From: Chrysomallon squamiferum
Taxonomy: Eukaryota > Animalia > Mollusca
DNA length: 64,000 bases
Direction: 5' to 3'
Assembly: GCA_012295275.1 (NCBI GenBank)
Contig: CM022665.1
Coordinates: 20,708,001-20,772,000, forward strand
Shown here: positions 28,140 through 42,872 of the stretch, in pieces
Numbering within the stretch: position 1 is the stretch's first letter
Layout of the letters: every line of letters starts with the position of its first letter
Translations under genes and position numbers: made by a program
Notes under the pieces: generated by a model
The model's input: only the letters and a program-made list of their open reading frames with translations
Told to the model about the DNA's origin: nothing
Databases searched by the model: none

Positions 28140-31100
28140 GGATAGACAGACAGAATAGTGTACAATAGTGTTGCATAGAGAATGGATGGAACAGACACAC
28201 AGACAGAATGATGTACAATAGTGTTGTGTAAATAATGGACAGACAGTCAGACAGTATGATGAATAATAGTTTTGTGTAAATAATGGACAGACACACAGAG
28301 AGTATGTTGAATAACAGTGTTGTGTAAATAATGGACAGACAGTATGATGAATAATAGTGTTGTGTAAATAATGGACAGACAGTATGATGAATAATAGTGT
28401 TGTGTAAATAATGGACAGACAGTATGATGAATAATAGTGTTGTGTAAATAATGGACAGACACACAGACAGTATGTTGAATAACAGTGTTGTGTAAATAAT
28501 GGACAGACAGTCAGACAGTATGATGTACAATAGTGTTGTGTAAATAATGGACAGACAGTATGATGAATAATAGTGTTGTGTAAATAATGGACAGAGTATG
28601 ATGAATAATAGTGTTGTGTAAATAATGGACAGACAAAGACAGCATGATGAATAACAGTGTTGTGTAAATAATGGACAGACACACAGAGAGTATGTTGAAT
28701 AACAGTGTTGTGTAAATAATGGACAGACAGTATGATGAATAATAGTGTTGTGTAAATAATGAACAGACACACAGACAGTATGATGAATAATAGTGTTGTG
28801 TAAATAATGGACAGAGAGTATGATGAATAATAGTGTTGTGTAAATAATGGACAGACAGACAGTATGATGAATAATAGTGTTGTGTAAATAATGGACAGAC
28901 AATATGATGAATAATAGTGTTGTGTAAATAATGGACAGACACACAGACAGTATGATGAATAATAGTGTTGTGTAAATAATGGACAGACACACAGAATATG
29001 ATGAATAATAGTGTTGTGTAAATAATGGACAGACACACAGACAGTATGATGAATAATAGTGTTGTGTATATAATGGACAGACAGTATGATGAATAATAGT
29101 GTTGTGTAAATAATGGACAGACACACAGACAGTATGATGAATAATAGTGTTGTGTAAATAATGGACAGACACACAGACAGTATGATGAACAATAGTGTTG
29201 TGTAAATAATGGACAGACACACAGACAGTATGATGAATAATAGTGTTGTGTAAATAATGGACAGACACACAGACAGTATGATGAATAATAGTGTTGTGTA
29301 CATAATGGACAGACAAACAGACAGAAGGATGAATAATAGTTTTGTGTAAATAATGGACAGACACACAGACAGTACGATGAATAACAGTGTTGTGTAAATA
29401 ATGGACAGACAGTCAGACAGTATGATGAATAATAGTGTTGTGTAAATAATGGACAGACACACAGACAGTATGATGAATAATAGTGTTGTGTAAATAATGG
29501 ACAGACAGTCAGACAGCATGATGAATAATAGTGTTGTGTAAACAATGGACAGACAGTCAGACAGCATGATGAATAATAGTGTTGTGTAAATAATGGACAG
29601 ACAGTCAGACATCATGATGAATAACAGTGTTGTGTAAATAATGGACAGACAGTCAGACAGTATGATGTACAATAGTGTTGTGTAAATAATGGACAGACAG
29701 TCAGACAGCATGATGTATCACAGTGTTGTGTAAATAATGGACAGACAGTCAGACAGTATGATGTACAATAGTGTTGTGTAAATAATGGACAGACACACAG
29801 ACAGTATGATGAATAATAGTGTTGTGTAAATAATGGACAGACAAACAGACAGAAGGATGAATAATAGTTTTGTGTAAATAATGGACAGACACACAGACAG
29901 TACAATGAATAACAGTGTTGTGTAAATAATGGACAGACAGTCAGACAGTATGATGTACAATAGTGTTGTGTAAATAATGGACAGACAGTCAGACAGCATG
30001 ATGATGAATCACAGTGTTGTGTAAATAATGGACAGACAGTCAGACAGTATGATGTACAATAGTGTTGTGTAAAAATAACAGACAGTCAGACAGCATGATG
30101 AATCACAGTGTTGTGTAAATAATGGACAGACAGTCAGACAGTATGATGTACAATAGTGTTGTGTAAATAATGGACAGACAGTCAGACAGTATGATGTACA
30201 ATAGTGTTGTGTAAATAATGGACAGACAGTCAGACAGCATGATGAATAATAGTGTTGTGTAAATAATGGACAGACACACAGATAGCATGAATAATAATAG
30301 TGTTGTGTAAATAAAGGACAGACAGTATGATGAATAATAGTGTTGTGTAAATAATGGACAGAGAGTATGATGAATAATAGTGTTGTGTAAATAATGGACA
30401 GACACACAGATAGCATGATGAATAATAGTGTTGTGTAAATAATGGACAGACAGTATGATGAATAATAGTGTTGTGTAAATAATGGACAGACACACAGACA
30501 GTATGATGAATAATAGTGTTGTGTAAATAATGGACAGACACACAGACAGCATGAATAATAATAGTGTTGTGTAAATAATGGACAGACAGTCAGACAGTAT
30601 GATGAATAATAGTGTTGTGTAAATAATGGACAGACAGTCAGACAGCATGATGAATAATAGTGTTGTGTAAATAATGGACAGACACACAGACAGCATGAAT
30701 AACAGTGTTGTGTAAATAATGGACAGACACACAGACAGCATGAATAATAGTGTTGTGTAAATAATGGACAGACAGACAGACAGTATGATGAATAATAGTG
30801 TTGTGTAAATAATGGACAGAGAGTATGATGAATAATAGTGTTGTGTAAATAATGGACAGAGAGTATGATGAATAATAGTGTTGTGTAAATAATGGACAGA
30901 CAAACAGACAGAAGGATGAATAATAGTGTTGTGTAAATAATGGACAGACACACAGACAGCATGAATAATAATAGTGTTGTGTAAATAATGGACAGACACA
31001 CAGACAGTATGATGAATAATAGTGTTGTGTAAATAATGGACAGACAGACAGACAGTATGATGAATAATAGTGTTGTGTAAATAATGGACAGACACACAGA

Positions 31101-31460
31101 CAGCATGAATAATAATAGTGTTGTGTAAATAATGGACAGACACACAGACAGTATGATGAATAATAGTGTTGTGTAAATAATGGACAGACAGTATGATGAA
31201 TAATAGTGTTGTGTAAATAATGGACAGACACACAGAGAGTATGATGAATAACAGTGTTGTGTAAATAATGGACAGACAGTATGATGAATAATAGTGTAAA
31301 TAATGGACAGACAGTATATGAATAATAGTGTTGTGTAAATAATGGACAGACAGTCAGACAGCATGATGAATAACAGTGTTGTGTAAATAATGGACAGACA
31401 GTATGATGAATAATAGTGTTGTGTAAATAATGGACAGACAAACAGACAGAAGGATGGAAG
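28140..31460. repeat. 3.3-kb minisatellite with 40/48-bp units (ATGGACAGAC[ACACAGAC or AGTCAGAC]AGTATGATGAATAATAGTGTTGTGTAAATA)
   Basis: Roughly 70 highly similar units; source of all long minus-strand ORFs at 28092-31573. Confidence 0.97.
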
Positions 31461-31950
31461 GTACAACAGTGATTTGTAAAGAGGGTCATAATAAAGAACA
31501 GCATGAAAATTATAAAAAAGTAAATAAAAATATATAAGAAAATAAATAAAACTGTTTGGAAAGTAAATAGCATTACATAATAAGTAAAAGAAATTATATA
31601 AAAAGTAAATATAATTTATAAAAATTAAATAAAATTATATATGGAGAGTAAATAAAATTATACAGAAATAACAATTATATAAAAGGTAAGTAACATTATA
31701 TAAGAAGTAAATAATAAAAATCGGAGAATGACCATGTGTATGTCTGTGTGCATGTGTTTATATGTGTCTGTTTCAGTTTAAAACCAAATTAGTAATGTAC
31801 ATATAAACATACATATAATAATTTAAAAAACATAACGCACAGATGTCTGTATGTATGTGTGTGTTTGTGTAACTGAGTTTAAAATAAAAATAATAATATA
31901 AATAAATAAATAAATATAATTCTAAATAATAATCACAGTGCTCAGATATC

Positions 31951-31982
<32 letters not shown>

Positions 31983-33299
31983 TGTGAGTTTGAAATAAAA
32001 TTAATTCAATGTAAATACAGAAATAAATATAATACTTAAAACAAAAGACAATCAGAACATGGAGGTGTCTGTATTTGTATGTCTGTGTTTGTACAAGTGA
32101 GTGTCTCTGTGTGTGTGTGTGTGTGTGTGTGTCTTCAAAATCAAAATAACATTGTAAATACAGAAATAAATATAATACTTAAAAAAACAATAAAAACAGA
32201 GAGGTTGTCTGTATGTGTACATTACACCTGTTTGATAATCAAGTCTGTTTATCATCTCGCTAGGGACCCTTTAAGAGAGAAAGTTGACAGTGACTAACAA
32301 AAGTGAACAATCTCTCCAGCTCATACATCTCAGTCAACCAGTCGGTAATCACTATTTGAGAGACGCTTTCCCTTTGTCAATCATTTTGCTGTTGTCACCG
32401 TCCAGGTGTTTCCACTGGATATTGGTAATTCTAAATTGTGGAGTGTCATGAAAAATGTTCATCAAAGATTAAGATTTGCTGAGGTCATGGATTATCTTGA
32501 CCCTTTATTTTTACTCATGAAGGAGAAGAAGGAATAAGCGGCAGACATTCCCCGAATGGGGAGAAATTGTTTTGTGCATGCGTTCCTTTTCTGGACTTGC
32601 AGAAGGCCTCCAGCTCTCTTAGATCCTTTTATTTGGGTATTATCGATGCATGAGAAGTGGGCAGAGCTTTGTGATTACTGCTCACACAATGGAAGCAATA
32701 AAAGTTAATTGTGAGTGGTTTTGAGGCAGAGAGGACATTTAGAACATACACTTAGCTGCCGTGAAAGAAAATGAGGCGTATAGTCTTAAAACTCTTGAGA
32801 GCATGTCCACATCAAATGAACAGCAGGCCAAGCACAAAATACAGCTTAGAACGAAGAAAAAAAATATAACGTCAAGAGCAATTTAAGTTTTTTTTTTCAC
32901 CTTCTGTTTGTATAAATAATCAGCAAAGACTGAGGCTGTGGGGAAATGTATGGCATCCTTTCACTGAGCACAACAATGAGAAGGAGGTATCTTCAAAACA
33001 AACACGAGGTGAAAAGTTTGTCAAATAACTGACAACATGAGAAACATGCAAATCCATAAATAATTGAAATGTGACCAGTGCCAGTACCGGTCCATCTGGT
33101 TTCCTGTTTTTGTCATTTTGAATATGGAAAATATTCAGTTTTTTAGATTTGTTTTATTAATGAAATATTTGTCATTGTGACTTAATTACAGAACAGAATT
33201 CAAATTTCCAATTATAAGTTTAATAATAAATTATTAAATAAAAATTAATAAATAAAATATATTTTTAAACTGATAAATTATTACAGAAGAAAAAAAAAA

Positions 33300-33338
<39 letters not shown>

Positions 33339-33817
33339 AGATGTAAATAAATAAAAATAATAATAAACATTTTAAATTTCAAAAAAAAAAAAAAGAAATA
33401 ATAGAAAAAGGATAAAATTAAAAATTGTAAATTATGCTCCTAATAAAATAATTATTGAACAAAATAAAATAAAATAAATTATAAACAAATAAAACTGTTA
33501 TAAATATTGTCATGTTGAATACATCCAAAAAAAACCCCAAAACAACTTAGTGAATATTATATAACTATCTTTCTTTTTTTTCTTTTTTTTAAAGATATAA
33601 ATAAAATTTCAACAGTAGACAAAAAAAAAAAAAAATTATAAGTTAACTTGGTCAAAAATCCCAGATCTGAGCTATAATTTCACTCAAAAATGAAACTTGA
33701 GCAATAAAACATCTATATTTCTGTCAAAGACTGTCTAACACAAACAAAACTTCTAAGAGAATTTATGGCCATGACCAGATGACTTCACAAAATATCTTAA
33801 AAGCATGATGTGAGTAT

Positions 33818-33870
<53 letters not shown>

Positions 33871-34849
33871 TAAATATTACAAAATCCAGATATCACTGAT
33901 AATGTCAGGATGATCTAGAAGTTTAATAAAATGTTTAAAAGTTTGATAATAAAAAATAAAAGTTCATTATGAACTTTCCTGTCTCTATATATAGAAAATT
34001 AATCTGAATAAAAGTTTTTAAAGAATAAAAATAAAGATTTTGCAACTTATCACATTTCATATTTTTTTGTATTTCAACTTTCCATAATTAATACAGGAGA
34101 GAGAGGTGGAAGATGGGCACACAGATAGAAAGACAGACAAACAGAAAGAGAGAAAAGGATAGAGAAAGAAAGACAAACTGAGAGAGAGACACAGAAAAAG
34201 AAAGTCAGTGAAAGAGAGACTAGATTAGTCTCTGCTTCAAATATCCCACCCAATAATAATAAAACTGACAATAAAAATATCATCATCTTTCAGACAAAAC
34301 TATTTCACAAAAATCAGCTTGGCATATAACATTCACTCTGACCTAACCAAATAATTAACAAACCATTGTAAAATACAAAGATTTAATCATAAGTTAACAT
34401 AAAATTAAAATCCACTACTAAAAATAACAAAAAAAAATGGTAAAAAGTTACCTGTTAAATTTCTCAGTATCACTGTTTTTCTATTATCAAGACTGGAACT
34501 GTACTGAAAAACTATGATATTATGAATAATATCCAAATAACTCTGTATAAAGGAATAAAAAAAAAAAATGTTGCAAATGAAAGGACAGATATATCTGTGA
34601 AAGTAATGACAAAAATAAGAGAGGATATATATAAAAAAAACATCTTGTGACAGACAGGAGGACAGACAGACATGTATTGAGTTACAAACAGAGTGAAATC
34701 TGAACTTAACAAAACAGTGAAAGAAACTGACACACTTTCTGTATTACACTTGTTGTTGTTTTTTTCTTATAGAAATTTATATCCACCCATTCCCTGACAA
34801 CAGTAATATCCATCTCACAGTTCCACTTGAGTGCTGATATATCCTGTAC

Positions 34850-36250
34850 TACCAGTAATAACACTCTATATTATTAGAAATAACACTGTCTTATATTACT
34901 GGTAATAACACTATCTTATATTACTAGAAATGATACTACCTTATATTACTAGAAATGATACTATCTTATATTACTAGAAATAACACTACCTTATATTACT
35001 TGTAATAACACTACCTTATATTACTAGTAATAACACTACTTTATATTACTAGTAATAACACTACCTTATATTACTAGTAATAACACTACCTTATATTACT
35101 AGTAATAACACTGTCTTATATTACTACTAGTAACATACTAGTAATAACACTGTCTTATATTACTAGTAATACCACTACCTTATATTACTAGTAACTTATA
35201 TTACCTTATATATTACTAGAAATAACACTATCTTATATTACTAGTAATAACACTACCTTATATTACTAGTAATAACTTCTTATATTACTAGTAAATAACT
35301 ACCTTATATTACTTTAATACTGTCTTATATTACTAGTAATAACACTATATCTTATTATCTTACTAGTAATAACACTATTTATATTACTAGTAATAAACTC
35401 TATATATTACTAGTAATAAAACTACTTTATATTACTAGTAATAACACTGTCTTTATATTACTAGTAACAACTGTCTACCTTATATTATTAAATAGCTCCA
35501 GTTTTAATCTATCATATATTACTAGCAAAACAACTAACTCTACTACCTTATATTACTAGTAATAACACTATCTTATATTATATTACTTATAATAAGTCTA
35601 ACCTTATATTACTAGAAATAACACTACCTTATATTACTTGTAACAACTCTACCTTATATTACTAGTAATAACACTACCTTATATTACTAGAAATAACATT
35701 ACTTTATATTACTAGTAATAACACTACCTTATGTTACTCGTAATATCATTATTTTATGTTATTGGTAACAACTCTACCTTATATTACTAGAAATAACACT
35801 ACTTTATATTACTAGTAATAACACTATCTTATATTATATACATTACTAGTAATAACATATATATTATTAGAAATAGCTCCAGTTTTAATACTATCATATA
35901 TTACTAGCAAAAACAGTCTTATTTATTACTAGAAATAACACTATCTTATATTACTAGTAATAACTTTATCATATATTACAAGTAATAAAAGAACATTGCT
36001 AGTAATAAAACAAATATTACCATAATAACACAAATATTACTAGAAATAAACTTCCATATATTACTAGTAATAACTCATATATAACTAATTTTAATACTAT
36101 CATATATTACTGGCAATAACATATATTACATTTAATAACTATCATATATAACTAGTTATAACAGTCATACATTGCTAGAAATAACTGTATCATATATTAC
36201 TAGCAATAACACATTACATTTAATAACTAGCATATATAACTAGTAATAAC
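34850..36250. repeat. 25-bp minisatellite (CTACCTTATATTACTAGTAATAACA)
   Basis: Period 25 is clear at 35011-35100 and decays distally; each intact unit contains the palindrome TATTACTAGTAATA. Confidence 0.92.
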
Positions 36251-36785
36251 ATGACCCATATATTTAAAAATACAGTGAAAAATTACAAACAAGCAGATGC
36301 ATCATCATCATATAATAATTAAACCAAAAATCACCTCACATATTATTACTAATAAACCATAGTAAACCTAGCATATATATATATCACTATTAATACAAAC
36401 ACAATCAAACATTACTTTTAATGAAACAGTCATCAAGTCATAAAACTGTTTTGTACATTACTATTAATAAAATTATCTTAGATATTATTGGTAATGAAAC
36501 CACCAATATATTTACAGATATAATGTTTTAACAAACTCAACCATAACATATCAAACTCAACAATATGACAAAAATCAACCAGAATATATTAACAAATTTA
36601 ACCATAACAAAAAATTCAACCATACTATATTAAGAAATTCAACCACAACACTTCAGTGATAAAATTCACCATACAGTATTTTAACAGAAACTGAAACATG
36701 GATGTATGTATATATAAAAACAGACATTATTTTTGGAAATCTGGTTAATTAATAATGGGCTATATACTGTAAAAAAAAAAAAAAA

Positions 36786-36835
<50 letters not shown>

Positions 36836-39211
36836 CAATAAAGATAATCCTAGTGAAAACTACTTGTAATACTAACAGGCAGGGAGATATTGTAATCCCC
36901 TCACCCACTCGAGATGACAACAATCCTTACAGCCCAGTGATACATTTACACCAAAAAGTGAAAAATGCGATCTTAAAAACCTGCAACATGGACACTGAAG
37001 GAGATTACACTTATAACATATACTACTTATTTCCTTTCTGCTAATCTGCACACACTCCAACCAACACAAAACAACACCACTCTTGAAGACCATCTACCTT
37101 CAACTTAGTAGCGGATTAGAATGTGAGATATCTTCAGCTAAGCTAAAAGACAAACATAGATGATTTTTTCACTGCACGGAGAAGCTGTTTACTGGTGACC
37201 TAATCTGAGCAGAATATTTGCAGTAACACTTGTAAATCTCTAAAACAAATAGCAGATAATCTCTGTAGTAGAACATCGATGTTGTGCCAAACAGTTTGTT
37301 ATCCATTGATGTTAAAATGTATGTGTTTTAATAGATTGATGATTTAAAGAGGGTTGGTTTTTTTTGTTGTTGGTTTTTTAAGAATGTGCCTTATCATATG
37401 TATTTATTCATACATGTGTGTGTCTCTGCATATGCATTAATATTCATCTCAACATGTACTTATATGTATATATATATACATATATAGATACACATACATA
37501 AAACACACAAACACACACACACACACACACATACATATATACATACACACACATAATATATATAATACATACAAATACACTAACACACAAACATACGTTA
37601 CAAACATTCATACATACATATACATTCATGCATACATACATACATACATATATACATACATACATACATACATACTTTCATGCATACATACAAATACACA
37701 CATACATACATTCATACATACAAACATACATACACACAAACAAATATATATACATACATACATACATACATACATGCATGCATGCATACATATAAATATA
37801 TAAATACACACACATGGACATATATAGATACACACATATATGCACTTATTTTATTTAAAAGTAAGCTATATAGATACATACATACATACATACATTCATA
37901 CATTATTTTTTCCATTTTGCACAACTGTCTCACCACAGAACACTTAGTTATAAAGACTGAGTAATACCACATATTTCATTTTTTTTGTGATATCAAATAG
38001 GATGTTTTAATGATTTCAAATTTACAGAATAACATTTTGAAATAATTTATTTAATTTTACATTTAAAATTGATTACTGTAACTAAAATTAGAATAATAAA
38101 GACAAAAAGGTTTTTATTTTTTATTTTTTTATTTATTATTTTTTTATTTATTTTTTTTTTTTATTATTATCATTATTATTTTGTATTATTAATATTATTA
38201 ATATATTTTTTAAATTATTCTTTTTATTTATTTATTTATTTATATTTTTTTTTTTTTTTTTACCCCTGATGGAATCAGAGCAGATCTAGAATTTCTTTTT
38301 CCTTTCAGTCAGTGCACATTTTAATAGAATGACTTTATTTATAACCTCAAAATAGATTTTTACTACCAGTAAATGACAAGTTTACAATTTTATTATTTTT
38401 CATTTATAACAACTTCCTTCACTATTTTTGATTTTCCATCTCACATTAGAAATTAAAGTTTCTTTCATCACTTTTAGATAAATATTTTATACTTTATTTA
38501 TCTTATTGCTTGTTTAAAAATGTGACATTTTAATATTCAATTATCATCAGCAAGATTGTTTTTTAATATTTTAAATTAAATTTTTTTTTTTTTTTTTACA
38601 AACGTTTTAGCGAGTAATATATATGAATTCAGTCTACATAGAATATAAAAATTTTAGAAAAACAATTTAAAAAATCTTTGAACTCAGTCTTTTACGTTCA
38701 TGTGTAACTGATAACACGCAGGTACGTACCAATATTAAAGACATAAAGAAATGAATTTAATATTTGTATATCAACACACTTTTAAATAACACAACATGGC
38801 TGATAATTTCTTGTAAATATCTACACTGGCCATACCACCATGGTGCTCAAATCTTGAAAAATAAATTTTAAAAACAGACTTTTAAAAGTCAAGAAATAAA
38901 AATAACAAAAATATATCAAATAATAATAATAACAAAAATAATAAAAGAAGTAAAATAAAAAGTAATAATAATGTGTTAAATGCTTTCTTAGAAAATATTT
39001 AAATCCCCAATTAAAAAATAATTAAATCCAGTTTATTACAACTTTACCTTTTTACCTGAATTTAATGAGAAGTTTGTTTTAACTTGGATCAAATTTAACA
39101 TTTTTTATTAGATAAGAAGAAAAGCAGTGTTTTTTTTTTTAAATTTATCTGTAACACTCTGAATAAAAAAATTAATTTTTTTTTTTTTTTTTTTTTATAT
39201 ATTATTATTAT

Positions 39212-39277
<66 letters not shown>

Positions 39278-39560
39278 CAGCAGTATTTAGTTATTTATTT
39301 AGTGGGGGTTGTTGTGTTGTTAAAAAGTCGACACAGTCTTCCATTTGATTGTTTTATTTGTTTCCTAATGCTTTGCTAATGATAAGGTATGATAATAATT
39401 TAATGAGATATTTAAATGTCTGCATGTTGGAGTTTTTGTCTTTTGAGTACTCAGAACTCTTACACATAAATAATCACAAGAAATCATTTTCTTTTCTCCC
39501 TTGAATGAGTGTAATGTGGTATGTGTGTATGTGTGTCTGTGTGTTTATATACATCTACAT

Positions 39561-39835
39561 AAATTAATAGTTATGAAAATACACAGATTTATCTTTGAAA
39601 AAGAAATATTAATAAGTTAATACAAAAATATTTTTCTCATTAAAGTATATGATAAAAGAAAATTATATATATATATATATATATATTTAAAAAGTTGTTT
39701 TATATATTTATATAGATATAAAACAACTGTTTAAATTTACCTGTAAATTAATATTTATGAAAACACACAGATATATCTTTGAAAAACAAATATTAATAAA
39801 ATAATACTAAAATATCTTTCTCATTAAAATGTATA
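39561..39835. repeat. Local direct duplication (~90-bp core, ~185-bp offset)
   Basis: AAATTAATA.TTATGAAAA.ACACAGAT.TATCTTTGAAAAA.AAATATTAATAA at 39561 and ~39745. Confidence 0.75.
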
Positions 39836-41314
39836 AAACAAATTAAAATAATATATTTTAAATAAGAACATACCTGTTTGAATTTACCTGTGAAAATCTA
39901 ACGACAGGTGAATGTTACTGGAAGATAACAAGGTATCTATATTAGTTTACACAGGTAGCCGATGTTGTTATTACTTTTCAAAAATGGCTTACCTCTGACA
40001 GAGAAATAAGATAAATTGAATATTGTAAGACAGATCAACCTGCAGTTCACAGATAATTGAAAGTGATTTGACAGTTTGTTTTTGAAAGTTTTACATTTGG
40101 CTCAGCGAGAAGCTGACAAATAGATGAGATTATTTTTTCAAATCCTCACCTGGTCGAAGAAACAGTAGCCATGAGAAAAAATGTTAACAAATAATGTGAC
40201 CATTTCACATACTCATCAGAGACATAACTGTTGTGAAGCAGCTCTCAGAGTTATCTCCCCAGTAACAGGATTTGGTTAGTTTGTTAAAAGAATAAGTTAG
40301 AGGGGGTCTTATATATTCACAGTACATGATTTTATTAGTATTTTAAAAGATTAGTTAGTTGAGGGGGATATGTACAGTTGACAATCTGATTAATTTGTTA
40401 AAAGATCAGAGAAGGGTTGTCAGTGATCCAAAACAAATTATAAATACCTGGATTAGATCCAAAAACCTATCACTTTTAAGACAAATGGTTTAACCATTAC
40501 ATCATCATCACTTGATACACAATACTGAATCAGTGAACATCTTTTATTGGTAAATATTTAATTCCATTTTTGTTTTAATTGCATAAATCTATTTTAAAAT
40601 AATATGGTTTTCAAAAGCCTGCTTCTGAAGTTATTAAACTTTATTGAAGTATGCAAACTATTTAGACATGTACAGAAGGAAATTTAATTAGTTTTGGTGT
40701 AAACTGTCCAAACAAAAATATTTGCTTTAGATAGAGTACAGTATTATTTCTCTTTTCTGTAATGAAGGCTGTGTTAATATTAGATAAGAAATGATTTTAT
40801 TATTATTTTATTTTATTTTATTTTATTTTATTTTATTTTATTTTATTTTATTTTATTTTTTATTTTTTATTTTTGAAGTGCAATGATTGTATGTTTAGAA
40901 TTTGTATTATTAAAACATTTGTCAGGTTTTTTTCTGTAAATAGTAACATTATGTGTTGGTATATGTTATAAGGTATACTGTTGTTTTTGTATATTATATG
41001 TGCTAGTGTTATAATATAAGGTATATTGTTTTTATATAAAGATTATGTGTTGGATTTATATATTACAAGATACATTGTTGTTTTTTGTGTTATAAATATC
41101 ATGTTTTGATATTTTATTTTGTATTATGCTATGTGAGAAAATTCACTGCAAGCAATTTACTACTGGATTAAATTTTTATATTCCCTGTTAGATTCAGATA
41201 CTATGTTGTTATACCTACAGTAATATTTCCAAAAGTGAAAAAAATATATATATAGATATATATAATAACAATAATAATAATGATGATCTTGATGATAATA
41301 AATAAATAATAAAA

Positions 41315-41349
<35 letters not shown>

Positions 41350-41687
41350 ATATACAAACAAACAGTTAAAGAATGTAAAATATCATTTTAGTTAATCTAT
41401 AAAATCCATGTCTTAGTCTGATGTTGTACACACTACATGTCCAGTCACAGCAAGAATTCTTTTAGATGTTTCTTCCTTTAAACATGAAAGCATAACAAAT
41501 TACTTGATACAAAAAAAAAAAAAAAAAAAAAAAAATAAAAATTGTTGTGCACCAGCTGGTTTGGTAAACAGAAGAAAATAAAAATTAAAAAAAAAGAATT
41601 CAGTTGTAGAATAAATAAATCTAGTATTTTTTAATGCTAATTTTAAATAAATTGTGAATACTGTTGCAAAAGATTTTATTTTATTTT

Positions 41688-41724
<37 letters not shown>

Positions 41725-42767
41725 TTTTTTTTATTTATTTATTTTTTTTTTTTTTTTTTTTTCGAATGAGTTGTATGTGATGGGCAGTTTTGTGGTATTT
41801 CATCAAAAAATTCTGTACAAATTGTATTATGTCAAATAAAATGATCTAATGAAAAATAAAAAGACAAAACAAGATTATCAATGAAGAAATCAACTTTTTA
41901 TTGAAACCAACAGACTCAATCTTAACAGTTATATTTAACTGCATGATTAATACATTCATTTTTTTCTTTCTTTTAATTTATAAAACCATTACATAAACAC
42001 AAATAATTAAACATAATTATTATTATTTATGCATATTCATTAGTCATTAACAAATATATTTGCATAAATTAACTCAGTTAATAACAGTGAAAACTGAATG
42101 GAAGTGTATATTTTCAAAAAATTAAACAATTTGTAAATACAAATATTTTTCCTGAGAAAACAACCATGAATAGAATGGGTTTTTTTTTCACAATAAACAC
42201 AATAAATAAGCAAATATAATGTAAATAAATAAAGCAAATAAATAAATAAATAAAGCAAACAAATAAAATAAAATAAAATAAAATAAAATAAAATAAAATA
42301 AAATACAATAAAATAAAATAAAATAAAATAAAATAAAATAAAATGAGTACTTTAATTTTTATTTCATTTAAAAAACCAAAATATTGTTTTTCCTTATTAA
42401 CATGAAAATTAATTTGGAATGTTAACTTATTTTATTTAATTACTACAAACAAAATAATTCTAAATAATTTTCAAACTCAACTGTGTAATAATGTAAAACA
42501 TCTATTTCATATTTGTGTCAATCTTTTCACATATTTTAAAAATCCTTGTCAGGAATGCTTATAAATAACTAAATCTACAGTATAATTATTTATAATTTTC
42601 TAACAAAGATAAAAACAATTAATGTATTATGGATGAAATCAATCAGATATTTAAAAAATGAATAATAAAAATATAAACTACAAAATAAATCTGATAAACT
42701 GTACTATTATTTTCATGTGAAATGTCTGATTATAAAATCTCTGAATGAAAACAAAGAATCACAGATT

Positions 42768-42872
42768 TTTAAAATGTTAATGGACGGATATTTCAGCAGA
42801 TATTTAAAATGTTAATTGACGGATATTTCAGCAGATATTTAAAATGTTAATGGACGGATATTTCAGCAGATT
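42768..42872. repeat. Three near-perfect copies of a 35-bp unit (TTTAAAATGTTAATGGACGGATATTTCAGCAGATA)
   Basis: GACGG at 42783, 42818 and 42853. Confidence 0.92.

Noticed and set aside
28140-31460. CRISPR-like regular repeat array
   Set aside because: No unique spacers, no cas genes, eukaryotic context; it is a simple tandem minisatellite.
28092-31573. Long overlapping minus-strand ORFs of 311-539 aa
   Set aside because: Translations of the 40/48-bp minisatellite, open in all three frames, with no splice or codon evidence.
42781-42799. TGGACGGA resembling the miR-184 5' end (also TAATCTCAGCT near 57197 resembling miR-216)
   Set aside because: The matches are limited to 8-11 nt and there is no precursor hairpin.
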